This document shows positions 32,546 through 43,796 of a stretch of DNA of 64,000 bases, piece by piece. The DNA is taken from contig OY762007.1 in NCBI GenBank assembly GCA_963665115.1, forward strand, positions 5,824,001-5,888,000, read 5' to 3'. Numbering within the stretch: the stretch's first letter is position 1; the number at the start of each line of letters is the position of its first letter. The notes under the pieces were generated by a model that saw nothing but the letters and a program-made list of their open reading frames with translations, was not told where the DNA came from and made no database searches. This DNA is from an uncultured Rivularia sp. Lineage in GTDB: Bacteria > Cyanobacteriota > Cyanobacteriia > Cyanobacteriales > Nostocaceae. The translations under genes were made by a program, and so were the position numbers.

Positions 32546-33451
32546 ATGGCGGACAATCAGCAGCTACAAGTATCTGGCAATCAACTTTCCGAGTGGCGAG
32601 ATACTGCTATATCGGCTGCTGTATCCGCTAATGTCTCTTCTAGTGAAGTAGATTGGCTGTTGCAGGAAATAGCTGGGCTGGACTCTCTAACACTGCGTAT
32701 TGGTTCTTTCAAAGAAAAGTCTCAAATCCAGTTAAAAATACCCCTACAAGAATTATCAAAACTCTGGCAACAAAGACTCAGCGAAAGTCTTCCCGTGCAG
32801 TACATTGCAAAAACGACTGCGTGGCGACATTTTAATATTAAAGTTTCACCCTCAGTTTTAATTCCCAGGCCAGAAACCGAATTCTTAATTGATTTAGCTG
32901 CTTCCGCAACTGCTGACAACTCAAAAATGCAGCAAGGAAATTGGGCAGATTTGGGAACTGGTAGCGGAATAATCGCTTTAGGACTAGCGAAGGCTTTTAG
33001 TCAAGCAAAAATTCATGCAGTAGATCGTTCTGCCGAAGCGCTTTCTATGGCTCGGTTAAACGCCGATAATTACGATTTAGGCGATCGCATTAAATTCTAT
33101 CAAGGTTTTTGGTGGGAACCCTTGGATTTTCTTAAAGGCGAATTTAGTGGCATGGTATCCAATCCACCTTATATTCCTACAAATACCTTACCTGAGCTAC
33201 AACCGGAAGTATTTAAGCACGAACCGCATTTAGCCTTAGATGGTGGTAAAGATGGTTTAGAATGCATCCGCCATTTGATAGAAACTTCATCCGACTATTT
33301 AAAACCTGGTGGAATATGGTTGGTTGAAATGATGGCAGGACAAGCAGATAAAGTAACTCAAATGCTCCGCGATAACGGTAGCTATAGCAAAATTGAAATT
33401 CACCTCGATTTAGCCCGAATAGAACGTTTTGCCCTTGCTTATAAGAGTTAG
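32546..33451 (+). CDS. prmC: Release factor glutamine methyltransferase PrmC/HemK
   Basis: VLIPRPETE, DLGTGSG, SNPPY, HEPHLALDGG. Confidence 0.97.
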   Translation: MADNQQLQVSGNQLSEWRDTAISAAVSANVSSSEVDWLLQEIAGLDSLTLRIGSFKEKSQIQLKIPLQELSKLWQQRLSESLPVQYIAKTTAWRHFNIKVSPSVLIPRPETEFLIDLAASATADNSKMQQGNWADLGTGSGIIALGLAKAFSQAKIHAVDRSAEALSMARLNADNYDLGDRIKFYQGFWWEPLDFLKGEFSGMVSNPPYIPTNTLPELQPEVFKHEPHLALDGGKDGLECIRHLIETSSDYLKPGGIWLVEMMAGQADKVTQMLRDNGSYSKIEIHLDLARIERFALAYKS

Positions 33452-33537
33452 GAGTTGGGAGTTGGGAGTAGTAAGTAGGGAGTAGCAAGTAGGGAGTAGT
33501 AAGTAGTGAGTAGCAAGTAGGGAGTTAGGAGTTAGGA
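33447..33537. repeat. STRR heptamer mosaic (GGAGTTA/GGGAGTA/GCAAGTA)
   Basis: 7-nt periodic repeats between prmC and tsaC. Confidence 0.88.
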
Positions 33538-33584
33538 ATGTATTCTATATTGATAACTGTTCACTGTTCACTGTTCACTGATAA

Positions 33585-34176
33585 ATGACACAGGTTTCTA
33601 TTGCTGATTTGGTAGCGGGAGCAAGAATTGGTAAAGTAATCAGCTTCCCCACGGATACTGTTCCTGCGCTGGCGGCTTTACCCGAATATGCAGAATTAAT
33701 TTTTACAGTAAAACAGCGCAATACAAGTAAACCGCTAATACTTATGGCGGCTGATTCAGAGCAAATATGGGATTTTGTCAAAGGCAGTAAAGAAGAGTAT
33801 GAAATTTGGCGATGTATTGCAGATAAATACTGGGGTGGAGCGCTGACTTTAGTATTGCCTGCATCTGCAAAAGTGCCGTCATGCATGAATCCTAATGACC
33901 CTACTACAATCGGAGTTAGAGTTCCTCGAAGTGATATTGCTCGCAGCATTTTGGCTCAAACAGGCCCCTCTCGCTACTACTAGCGCCAACTTGTCTGGAA
34001 AACCTCCCTTGCAGACTATCGCGGAAATTGAAGCAGAGTTTCCAAATATACCAACTTTGGCGACAACAGCATATGATAGTAAAACGCCTGCTATAGGTAT
34101 TCCTTCCACTGTTGCTAAGTGGGATGGTAAAAAATGGCAAATTTTACGGCAAGGTGCAATTAATTTAGATGTGTAA
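33585..34176 (+). CDS. tsaC: Threonylcarbamoyl-AMP synthase Sua5/YrdC (apparent +1 frameshift at ~33966)
   Basis: FPTDTV, KQR..KPLI, TIGVRVP, then LATTSANLSG and PSTV in the next frame; deleting one C of cccc 33965-33968 restores QTGPLATTSAN. Confidence 0.9.
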
Positions 34177-34385
34177 ATATAGGAATCCGGTTCGCTAGCA
34201 GAATAGTTATTGAAAGAGAAAGCAGAAAGCGTACTGAGATTTTTTGCTGTCCTGAGATAGTTTCTCTGTATTATTTTCAGTATTTATGTATTTATAATAA
34301 TTGAGATTCGATTAATCTATCTAATGATGGAATCGAATATTGTACCTTTGCGATCAATTAAGAACTTTTTATTTAGCACAAAATT

Positions 34386-35300
34386 ATGGATTGGAATAAC
34401 TGGGTATATTTTGGCGCTGGATTAGCATCAGGAATAGGTATTTACAAGTTTTTGCTCAACTCAAATTCTAATAAGTCCTCTTTTACCCTGCCAGAAATAG
34501 AATCGGAGCAAGATGTAGTACAGCTATCTCAAAGAATGAGAGAAGTTGAACTGGCTTACCATATGGCACGAGAAATGAGCCAGTTTAAAGCCGGATTTCT
34601 AGCTCGAACTACTCATGTATTGCGATCGCCACTTAATGGTTTAATTGGGTTGCATCAATTAATTTTATCGGATTTATGTGAAAATCCGGAGGAAGAACGC
34701 GAGTTTATCGGGCAAGCTCACGAACGAGCTTTAATCTTATTAAATCTTATTGATGAAATTCTTCATATTGCCAGAGCAGAACATGGCAATAGTAAGTTAG
34801 ATATTCAGTCTTGCTCGTTAAATAAAATTTTACAGGAAGTACATGAATTAACTTATATGCTTGCTGAAAATCGTAATTATCCCTTTAAGATATTACAATC
34901 AAACGAGGAAATTTATGTTTGTGCAGATCCACGCTGGTTAAAACAAATATTAGTGCAGATGGTAGATATTGCTATTTCTCGAATGGAAGAAGGTAAAATC
35001 ACTATTTCTACCAAAGCTGACGATGGAAATAATGTTGCTTTTATTTGGCTAGATGTACCTAGTGAAGCTATTCCTTCTAACGAACCTATAGATTTAATTG
35101 AGTCAGAAGACGAGAAGAAAATGGATGAGGAGGAAATTAAGTTACTCCAAGCAGGAATGAAGCTATTACTAAATCAAACTTTACTTGAAGTAATGAAAGG
35201 AAAACTAGAAATTGTTTCCTATCCTGATAATAGAGACGAATATTCTAGATTGCAAATTTCTATCCCTCTAGGGACTCAGTTAGCTGAGTTACAGCACTAA
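34386..35300 (+). CDS. hepN: HepN-like histidine kinase (N-terminal TM, no sensor domain)
   Basis: FKAGFLARTTHVLRSPLNGLIG H-box; follows tic22-prmC-sua5 as recalled for Anabaena hepN (alr0117); orthology is inferred. Confidence 0.7.
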   Translation: MDWNNWVYFGAGLASGIGIYKFLLNSNSNKSSFTLPEIESEQDVVQLSQRMREVELAYHMAREMSQFKAGFLARTTHVLRSPLNGLIGLHQLILSDLCENPEEEREFIGQAHERALILLNLIDEILHIARAEHGNSKLDIQSCSLNKILQEVHELTYMLAENRNYPFKILQSNEEIYVCADPRWLKQILVQMVDIAISRMEEGKITISTKADDGNNVAFIWLDVPSEAIPSNEPIDLIESEDEKKMDEEEIKLLQAGMKLLLNQTLLEVMKGKLEIVSYPDNRDEYSRLQISIPLGTQLAELQH

Positions 35301-35736
35301 GACTATCTAAATTTGTCAGATTTGAGCGATTATATATCACCATTGTTGTGGAGGAATTTTGCTCAAAGCCAATCTTTTCGTAAAATTGTTGCTGGTGAGT
35401 CGTCATCAAATAGACACGTTCGACTTTATTCATCCGTGGATGACTCAAAACCGTTTCAACTAATTTACTACCCAGCCCAGTTCCACGAAAGTCTGGATGA
35501 ATTACAACATCCCAAATCGTACCGCGATAAACACCGTCACTTGTTGCTCTAGCAAAACCGATTAATTGCTGTTTATTCCACACAGCAATTACTGGTTCGC
35601 TATTTTTGATGGCTTCCGCTAAATCCTCTATATTGCGCTCTTTCGCCCAAAAAGCGCCTAAAGTAAACAATTTTTGCAATTGGACTAGATCGATTTTTGA
35701 TTTTGCATCGCTAAATAAAATCTGAGAATTATTCAT
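35260..35736 (-). CDS. GNAT family N-acetyltransferase
   Basis: [37 protein letters not shown]. Confidence 0.9.
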   Translation of the reverse strand: MNNSQILFSDAKSKIDLVQLQKLFTLGAFWAKERNIEDLAEAIKNSEPVIAVWNKQQLIGFARATSDGVYRGTIWDVVIHPDFRGTGLGSKLVETVLSHPRMNKVERVYLMTTHQQQFYEKIGFEQNSSTTMVIYNRSNLTNLDSLSAVTQLTESLEG

Positions 35737-35939
35737 CTACCCTAACCAGCTAAAAGTTGTATTAATTGCAGTTACACCGAAGGAGTAAATCTTGCTTATG
35801 CAGCGCCTCTCAAAGAATCGGGGGCTTGAGATTATATAAAAAACTGGAACACTGTTTCTTTATTTCGGTGTAAGACTTAATTTTACAACACAAAAATTAT
35901 ACTTTTTCAATACAAGTACTTAAAATTAGCATATAACAA

Positions 35940-36329
35940 CTATTTGCAAACCCATTTCCATAAAGGATGAGAAGAACCTTGCTGACGAATGCGATAAACT
36001 TGCTTTTCCAAACGCTGTTTTTCTGCATCTGGCAAACCAAATAAAATATTACGACTTTGCCAAACTAAAACACTAACGGTCATACCTACACATAAAGCAA
36101 GTCCAACCGCAGCAAAAGGGTTGAAAAATAGACCATATCGCACCGAAGCCCAGGTAAAATATTGCTGCAAGAACTTAATATCTTCACGCAATTCCCACAA
36201 GCACAAAGGTGCTACAGTCACCCATAAAAATCCAGCTAACAGCCATCTACCGTAAACCGTCAGCCGATGCAATCTTTGCACCTGTTGAACAAAAGATGAA
36301 TCAGATGATGGTTGTTCTACTTGAGCCAT
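35940..36329 (-). CDS. Conserved cyanobacterial hypothetical membrane protein
   Basis: RLHRLTVYGRW...two TM segments...IRQQGSSHPLWKWV; the track's upstream extension is repeat-derived. Confidence 0.75.
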   Translation of the reverse strand: MAQVEQPSSDSSFVQQVQRLHRLTVYGRWLLAGFLWVTVAPLCLWELREDIKFLQQYFTWASVRYGLFFNPFAAVGLALCVGMTVSVLVWQSRNILFGLPDAEKQRLEKQVYRIRQQGSSHPLWKWVCK

Positions 36330-36459
36330 GAAAAGGGGAAGAGGGGGGAGAGGGGGGAGAGGGGGAGAGGAAGACAAGGGGACAAGGGGACAAGGGGAAT
36401 TTTAACCTTTAACCTTTAACCTTTAACCTTACTTACTCCTCACTCATAAATCCTAACTG

Positions 36460-37437
36460 TCAACTGTTAACCGTCAACTGTTCGCTGTTTCCAGCAGGAG
36501 GGTTTGATTTTTCTTGTCGTTCGCGCCACCAAGCTAGAAGCGTGCTGGCAATAAAGATACTGGAATATGCTCCTGCAACGAAACCAAGAATTAAGGCTAA
36601 AGCAAAGTTTTTTAAGGTTTCCCCACCAAATAGAAAGATTGCGATTAATGACAGTAAAGTTGTTAGCGTCGTATTTATCGATCGCGCTAAGGTTTGATTT
36701 ACTGCATCGTCTACAACTTCAACTATGGGACGATTGGGATCTTGTTTAAGAGTTTCGCGAATTCGGTCGTAAATTACTACGGTATCGTTAACTGAGAAAC
36801 CCGTGATGGTAAGTAAAGCGACAATGAATAAGCTATCAACTTCTATACCGAATAATAATCCAAATATCGAGAAAATCCCCGTTGTCATTAACAGATCGTG
36901 AAAAGTCGCGACAATGGCAAATATTGCATAGTCTTTCTGAAATCTAATTGATAGGTAAATTACAATACCAGCGAATGCTACGAGTAAAGAAGTTATTCCG
37001 CTATTAAATAATTGCCTTCCTAAAGTAGGCCCTACAGTATCAATCTGACTGTTTTTCGGGTCAAAAGTACCAATTTTTTCGCTCAAAGCACTTTGCAACT
37101 GGGTGCGTTTATCTACATCCAAAGTTTTTGTGCGAATCAATACACCGTTGTTTTCACCAGTTTCTCCGTCGGCAATAAGTTGGATACTGCTATCGGCTAA
37201 TTCCTGAGCTTCTACAACTTCTCGGACTGTATTGATATCAATTGGTTGTTCGCAGTTATTCGGTAAAGTACAGTCTCTTTCAAACTGCAATCGCGTACCA
37301 CCGACAAAATCTAAACTAGGACGAAGCGGTGCGCCAATTTGCTGCCAAGACACTAGCATAGAGATGATGCCAGCTAAGATGATGGCACCGGAAATACTCC
37401 ACCACAGAGTTCGCGTTTTATTAACACTTATTTTCAT
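36460..37437 (-). CDS. secF: Protein translocase subunit SecF
   Basis: [39 protein letters not shown]. Confidence 0.97.
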   Translation of the reverse strand: MKISVNKTRTLWWSISGAIILAGIISMLVSWQQIGAPLRPSLDFVGGTRLQFERDCTLPNNCEQPIDINTVREVVEAQELADSSIQLIADGETGENNGVLIRTKTLDVDKRTQLQSALSEKIGTFDPKNSQIDTVGPTLGRQLFNSGITSLLVAFAGIVIYLSIRFQKDYAIFAIVATFHDLLMTTGIFSIFGLLFGIEVDSLFIVALLTITGFSVNDTVVIYDRIRETLKQDPNRPIVEVVDDAVNQTLARSINTTLTTLLSLIAIFLFGGETLKNFALALILGFVAGAYSSIFIASTLLAWWRERQEKSNPPAGNSEQLTVNS

Positions 37438-38867
37438 CTCGCCACCCCTGCTTTATTTATTGAAGTTGGCAGGTTAGGACAGAAAAGTTCTGGCTTGCGT
37501 ATTGAATCAATTCTGATTGCTAAAAACATTAGCGTGCGGCTACAAGTTACTGCTGTAAACATACTAACTGCTACCCCTACAGCCAAAGTTACAGCAAAGC
37601 CTTTGACTAAGCCAAATCCAAACTGAAACAGCGCTGCACAGGCAATCAGTGTAGTGACATTGCTATCTAAAATACTAGACCATGCGCGGTAAAAACCCGA
37701 TTCCACAGAACGATACAGTGATTTACCTGCTCGTAATTCTTCGCGGGTGCGCTCAAAAATTAGCACGTTAGCATCAACTGCCATACCAATACTAAGAATA
37801 AAACCGGCAATACCGGGTAAAGTTAAAGTTACGCCAAGCAAAGCGAAACAAGCCCAAGTAAAAAGCGCATAAATTACCAGGGCGATATTAGCAATAATTC
37901 CGGGTAGTCTGTAGTAAACCACCATAAATATTAATACTAAAATCAAACCACCAACGGCAGCGTAAATACTGCGGTTAATGCTATCTCTACCTAATGTCGC
38001 ACCGACTGTACGATTCTCGACAATTTCTATCGGTACTGGTAGAGAACCACCGCGTAACTGCACTGCTAAGTTTTGAGCTTCTTGAGCGGAAAAGTCACCT
38101 TCAATGACAGCATTACCACCACTAATTCCCGTGCTTGCAAATTGAGGCCCTACAGAAGCAGCGCTAATTAATTCATTATCAAGAAAAATACCAATACTGC
38201 GTCCAGTACCCGCGAGATTTTTAGTCAACTCGGCAAATAGTTCGCCACCTTTTTGATTGAATTGAAGTCCCGCACTCCAACCACGCGCACCTTGTTGCGG
38301 GCTTAAAGCATTTGCATTCGTTAAATATTTACCCGTTAACGGCGTTTCTAAACTTGCGAATAATTCAGAAATTGCCTCTTGATTCGTTTTTAATTCTTGC
38401 TGATTTTTCTCAATTGCAGCTTTATCTTTATCTTCATCTTCAGCAGCAAGTAAATCTGCTTGTTGAGCTTTGAGTTGTTGACGATTAGCTCTCAAAGCAA
38501 AAAGTTGAGTTTCTGTTTCCGGCTTTTGAGTCATAAACTCTAACTGTGCCGTACCACCTAAAACCCGTTCGGCTTGTTCCGAAGTCTCAACTCCAGGCAG
38601 TTGAACTGAAATTTTATCCGTTCCAACAGTTTGAATTACAGGTTCGGAAACACCGAGTCCGTTAACTCGATTACCAAGAACCGTTTGTACCGCTTCCAAT
38701 TCACGTTCGGTTATCTGTTTAATTTCAGGAGTCGTCTTTACCTGAATAGTCAGTTGCGAACCTCCCTTCAAATCTAGCCCCAAAGGCACCTTAATAGTGG
38801 TAATCACCGTCACTGCGGCAATTACCAGAAGAAAAATCAAAGCTAAAAACAATCGCTGTTTTTGCAT
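37434..38867 (-). CDS. secD: Protein translocase subunit SecD
   Basis: [37 protein letters not shown]. Confidence 0.97.
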   Translation of the reverse strand: MQKQRLFLALIFLLVIAAVTVITTIKVPLGLDLKGGSQLTIQVKTTPEIKQITERELEAVQTVLGNRVNGLGVSEPVIQTVGTDKISVQLPGVETSEQAERVLGGTAQLEFMTQKPETETQLFALRANRQQLKAQQADLLAAEDEDKDKAAIEKNQQELKTNQEAISELFASLETPLTGKYLTNANALSPQQGARGWSAGLQFNQKGGELFAELTKNLAGTGRSIGIFLDNELISAASVGPQFASTGISGGNAVIEGDFSAQEAQNLAVQLRGGSLPVPIEIVENRTVGATLGRDSINRSIYAAVGGLILVLIFMVVYYRLPGIIANIALVIYALFTWACFALLGVTLTLPGIAGFILSIGMAVDANVLIFERTREELRAGKSLYRSVESGFYRAWSSILDSNVTTLIACAALFQFGFGLVKGFAVTLAVGVAVSMFTAVTCSRTLMFLAIRIDSIRKPELFCPNLPTSINKAGVAR

Positions 38868-38941
38868 ACCATCCCCAAAAAGCGCGACAAACGCTATAAT
38901 AGCGCTTCTCGATCGGTTATGAGCGAATAGTTATTATTTTT

Positions 38942-39166
38942 TGGGAATTGGGAATTGGGGATTGGGAATTGGGGATTGGGGATTGGGGATTGGGAATTGG
39001 GGATTGGGGATTGGGAATTGCGGATTGGGGATTGCGGATTGCGGATTGGTAATTGCGGATTGCGGATTGGTAATTAGGAATTGGGGATTGGGAATTGGGA
39101 ATTGCGGATTGGGAATTGCGGATTGGGAATTGGTAATTGGTAATTGGTAATTGGGGATTGGTAATT
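38942..39166. repeat. Long STRR array (GGGAATT/GGGGATT/GCGGATT/GGTAATT)n
   Basis: About 30 heptamers between pdhB and secD, followed by a REP hairpin (39183-39205) and further heptamer runs. Confidence 0.95.
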
Positions 39167-39299
39167 GTATAAGTAATAACTAGGGAGCAAGATGCTCCCA
39201 CTACAAATGGTTTTATAACTCCTAACTCCTAGCTCTTAACTCTTAACTCTTAACTCCTAACTATGCCCAATGTCCCATCCCCCATGCCCATTCCCATTT

Positions 39300-40284
39300 T
39301 TAAACTCTTGCTGCAACCATTTTTTCTACTGCTTCAACAATTTGCTCTGGTTGAACAATTGTTAATCTTTCTAAGTTGCCGTTGTAAGGTGTGGGAATGT
39401 CTTGAGAAGAAAGTCGCAATACTGGCGCATCCAATTCGTCAAATAAGCGTTCGTTGATTGAAGCGATAATTTCTGCTGCTACTCCTCCGGTTCTCATGCA
39501 TTCTTCTACAATGATTACTCGGTGGGTTTTGCGTATGGATTCACCGATGGTATCAAAATCTAATGGTTTTAAAGAAATTAAATCGATAACTTCTGGGTCA
39601 AAACCGGATTTTTCTAATGTTTTTACGGCTTGCATTACGTGATAGCGCATTCGCGAATAAGTAATAATTGTGACATCTTTACCGCTTCGCACAACTTCTG
39701 CTTTATCCAATGGCACCAAGTATTCTTCTTCGGGTAAATCTTCTTTTAAGTTATAAAGCAGTACGTGTTCAAAAAACAATACCGGGTTGTCATCGCGAAT
39801 AGCTGATTTTAATAAACCTTTAGCATTGTAGGGTGTGGAACAAGCAACGATTTTTAATCCTGGAACAGCTTGGAAGTAAGCTTCCAAACGCTGGGAATGT
39901 TCTGCACCTAATTGATTTCCAACTCCACCGGGGGCCGCGAATTACTAAAGGTATTTTAAAGTTACCGCCAGAAGTGTAGCGCAACATTCCGGCATTATTG
40001 GATATCTGGTTGAAGGCTAACAGCAAAAAGCCCATATTCATGCCTTCAATTATCGGTCTTAACCCGGTCATTGCAGCACCTACCGCTAATCCGGTAAAAC
40101 TGTTTTCGGCAATGGGTGTATCTAAAACTCTCAGTTCGCCATATTTTTTGTATAAGTCTTTAGTTACTTTATAGGAACCACCATAGTGTCCTACATCTTC
40201 ACCAAGTACCATCACGGTTTTATCTCGCGCCATTTCCTCATCAGTGGCTTCCCGCAAAGCATTAAAAAATAGAGTTTCTGCCAT
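39300..40284 (-). CDS. pdhB: Pyruvate dehydrogenase E1 beta subunit (apparent +1 frameshift at ~39932)
   Basis: [23 protein letters not shown]; deleting one base of ggggg 39930-39934 restores IRGPGGVG...[10 protein letters not shown]. Confidence 0.95.
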
Positions 40285-40792
40285 TAGTTCAAAATTTACA
40301 AATATTGTTGAATGAATTTTATCGCGTCTCCGTGAAAAATACGGTAAAGATAGCGTAAGTTGTGCAATAACACCTAACTTTTCCGAAAGAAGATAATAAT
40401 CACCGCATCGTATGAATTATATAATGTTTCTTTCGCAGAAGATGACAGTATATTTTGTAAAATGCACTTATAGTAGTTTTACCTGTTCTTTTCAAGCATA
40501 AATAATACCCTTAGTCGTGCTTCTAGATATTAAACTTGATCGCCTATTATACTAATTAATAATTACTATAATCACTAATAAATCTTGTCACAAACATTAA
40601 AAAACTCCAGCATTATAGTTTACCGATAGAACTATAACTCTGGAGATAATTTAAAACTGCGATGGGGGCAGGATAGCTGAACGCACTGGCTTGTCGCTCA
40701 AAAGACAGCAAAATCAAGTAAACAACTCGATTTCTATATTTTTTTCTTTTACAAAGAATTTTAAATAAAAATTTTCTTTGTAAATTGAAAGT

Positions 40793-41125
40793 TTAGCAAT
40801 TAGAAGAAACTGTTGAATCTTCTTCAGAAGTTGCTTGAGTTACGCTTGTTCCAGCAGCTTGATTATAATCGCTATTTTCTGGAAATCTTCTTGGTCTTCC
40901 TGGTTTACGCTTGTGCCTTTGATTAATTGATTTTTCGCTTGCTCCAGCCAACTCTTCTGGCGTACATTTAAACAGGCGTAACGCATCCCAGTATTTTTTA
41001 GGTGTCATGGTTGGTTCGGTTCGCCCTGCTTCCCAGTTGCGAACGCTCGTTTCACTGATTGCAAGCCTGAACGCAACCTCTGCACGGCTGAGTCCCGCAC
41101 GTTCTCTCAGGACTTGCATATCCAT
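40793..41125 (-). CDS. XRE-family HTH regulator with basic KPGRPRR tail
   Basis: LRERAGLSRAEVA..LAISETSVRNWEAGRTEP. Confidence 0.88.
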   Translation of the reverse strand: MDMQVLRERAGLSRAEVAFRLAISETSVRNWEAGRTEPTMTPKKYWDALRLFKCTPEELAGASEKSINQRHKRKPGRPRRFPENSDYNQAAGTSVTQATSEEDSTVSSNC

Positions 41126-41664
41126 ATCTCAATGCTCCCTTTTCAAAACTCATTAATTAGATTTATTAAATCAATTGACAAAAAAAGCCAACTGAAAATT
41201 ATTTGTTAACTATATTATTGTATAGGACTTTGCATACCCGTATGGCAATCTAACCATACTGCAATCAATCTTTTACTATCTTCTACCGTTTTTATTCTAA
41301 TTAATCTCTATAAAAAGATAGATGTGAAAAATACAGTGATAGTATCTATAATATTTTCTTAGCTTATGTTTAAAAATTTTTCGATCATAAAATTAGACGC
41401 AAAAATAGTTTATATACGAAAAATTAAGGTTATTTCGTACTTATTATGCCAATTAAATAGTTTTAGAACAGGGAACAGGGAACAGGGGAAAAGACGATAT
41501 TAGAAAATAATATTAGTTCCGAAACTTAATAAATATGCTCAAGTGTCAGCAAAAATCTTTACAAGACTTATCATCTTCCACAACTAACAACCTAAATTAA
41601 TATCGTCTTTTTCCTCTACTCCTTTATCCAATACCCGATAAATCTTTGTGCTTCGTTCTGCTTC

Positions 41665-42643
<979 letters not shown>

Positions 42644-42930
42644 AATTTTTTTTAAACAGTAAGGAAAACTTTTACAGACAAAATTCAAAGCGTCACAAAC
42701 TGCAAGCAAAATTGAACTTTGAAAGGACAAACTGCAAACAGCGCTTAACTTTCCTATGCCCTACTGTCTGCGAAGATGTGGGGCAATTTTGTATTTTACA
42801 ACTAGCTTTACATATATCCTAAAAAAGCTTAAAAAGTATTCACTTGAAAATATTATTTAATCAATTTTTAGTTGGCTACTTGTTTCTTTGGTCAATTATT
42901 TTTCACAATTTTTAATATTGAGATGAAATA

Positions 42931-43183
42931 CTAAGTAGGTTGGCGTTGAAAATTGTAATTAGGACAAGGGAGTAGGCAGTAGGGAGTAGGGAGTCAAAAG
43001 TAGAGAGTAGGGAGTAGGGAGTAGGGAGTCAAAAGTAGAGAGTAGAGAGTAGAGAGTAGGGAGTAGGGAGTAAAAAGTAGAGAGTAGAGAGTAGAGAGTA
43101 GGGAGTAAAAATTAGAGAGTAAGGCTTTAGAGTCAATTTACATTTTGTAACGTAGTTTGGTTTACTTGTGCCAACTTACTTAG
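42931..43183. mobile_element. MITE with ~15-bp TIRs enclosing a heptamer tandem array
   Basis: ctaagtaggttggcg...tgccaacttacttag termini; internal (GGGAGTA/GAGAGTA)n at 42968-43120. Confidence 0.78.
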
Positions 43184-43319
43184 TTAAATGAAGCGGACTG
43201 TTGAAAAAAAAAAGAAGATGTGTGAGTGAGCCAAGTGAAAATTTGATGCTGTGAGTTTTCCAGGCTTTCAAGCTAACTAAAAGAACAGGCGATTGTATCT
43301 GAGGGCTGGATAATAAATG

Positions 43320-43661
43320 CTAAACGACTCTAAAAATGAAGGGATAGCGAAAAGGTTTCTCGGAGTCTCCTAAGACGTGGAAAAGCGCCCAGATTGTAAG
43401 TCCCCAATGAAGAACAAACCATACAGGTACTAGAGACCAAAGCAAACCAAAAGTAGCAGAAACCAATACTCCGATAATTATTCCAAAAAGCCAAACGTTT
43501 AAATAGAAATTGAGAGCTTCTTTCGCATTGTCCTTTACAACTGGATCTTGAGTAGTAAAAAATATCACGATAGGAATGGCAATAGGTACCACTATGAAGT
43601 TTAAAAAAATCGCTCCGTGAGACAGTGCTGATAAAAGCTTTCTGCTGTCGGTGTCGTACAT
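43320..43661 (-). CDS. DUF4870 family membrane protein
   Basis: LLSALSHGAIF...DPVVKDNAKEALNF...FRYPFIFR. Confidence 0.85.
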   Translation of the reverse strand: MYDTDSRKLLSALSHGAIFLNFIVVPIAIPIVIFFTTQDPVVKDNAKEALNFYLNVWLFGIIIGVLVSATFGLLWSLVPVWFVLHWGLTIWALFHVLGDSEKPFRYPFIFRVV

Positions 43662-43796
43662 TTTCTCCTCCCCTGAAGTTGAGATGACCGAATTATATAA
43701 CGAACCGATTACCTTGATAGTTGTTTTAAGATTAAAAGACCTCAGCTAAATTGAAAAACCATTATTTTAGTTAGAATACAACCAAACAAATACCTT

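Noticed and set aside
38942..39166. Possible CRISPR array
   Set aside because: Contiguous 7-nt units with no unique spacers and no cas genes; I saw no CRISPR array anywhere in the window
38917..39201. ORFs with PIPNPQS / GIGNWGL repeats
   Set aside because: Spurious frames through the STRR array
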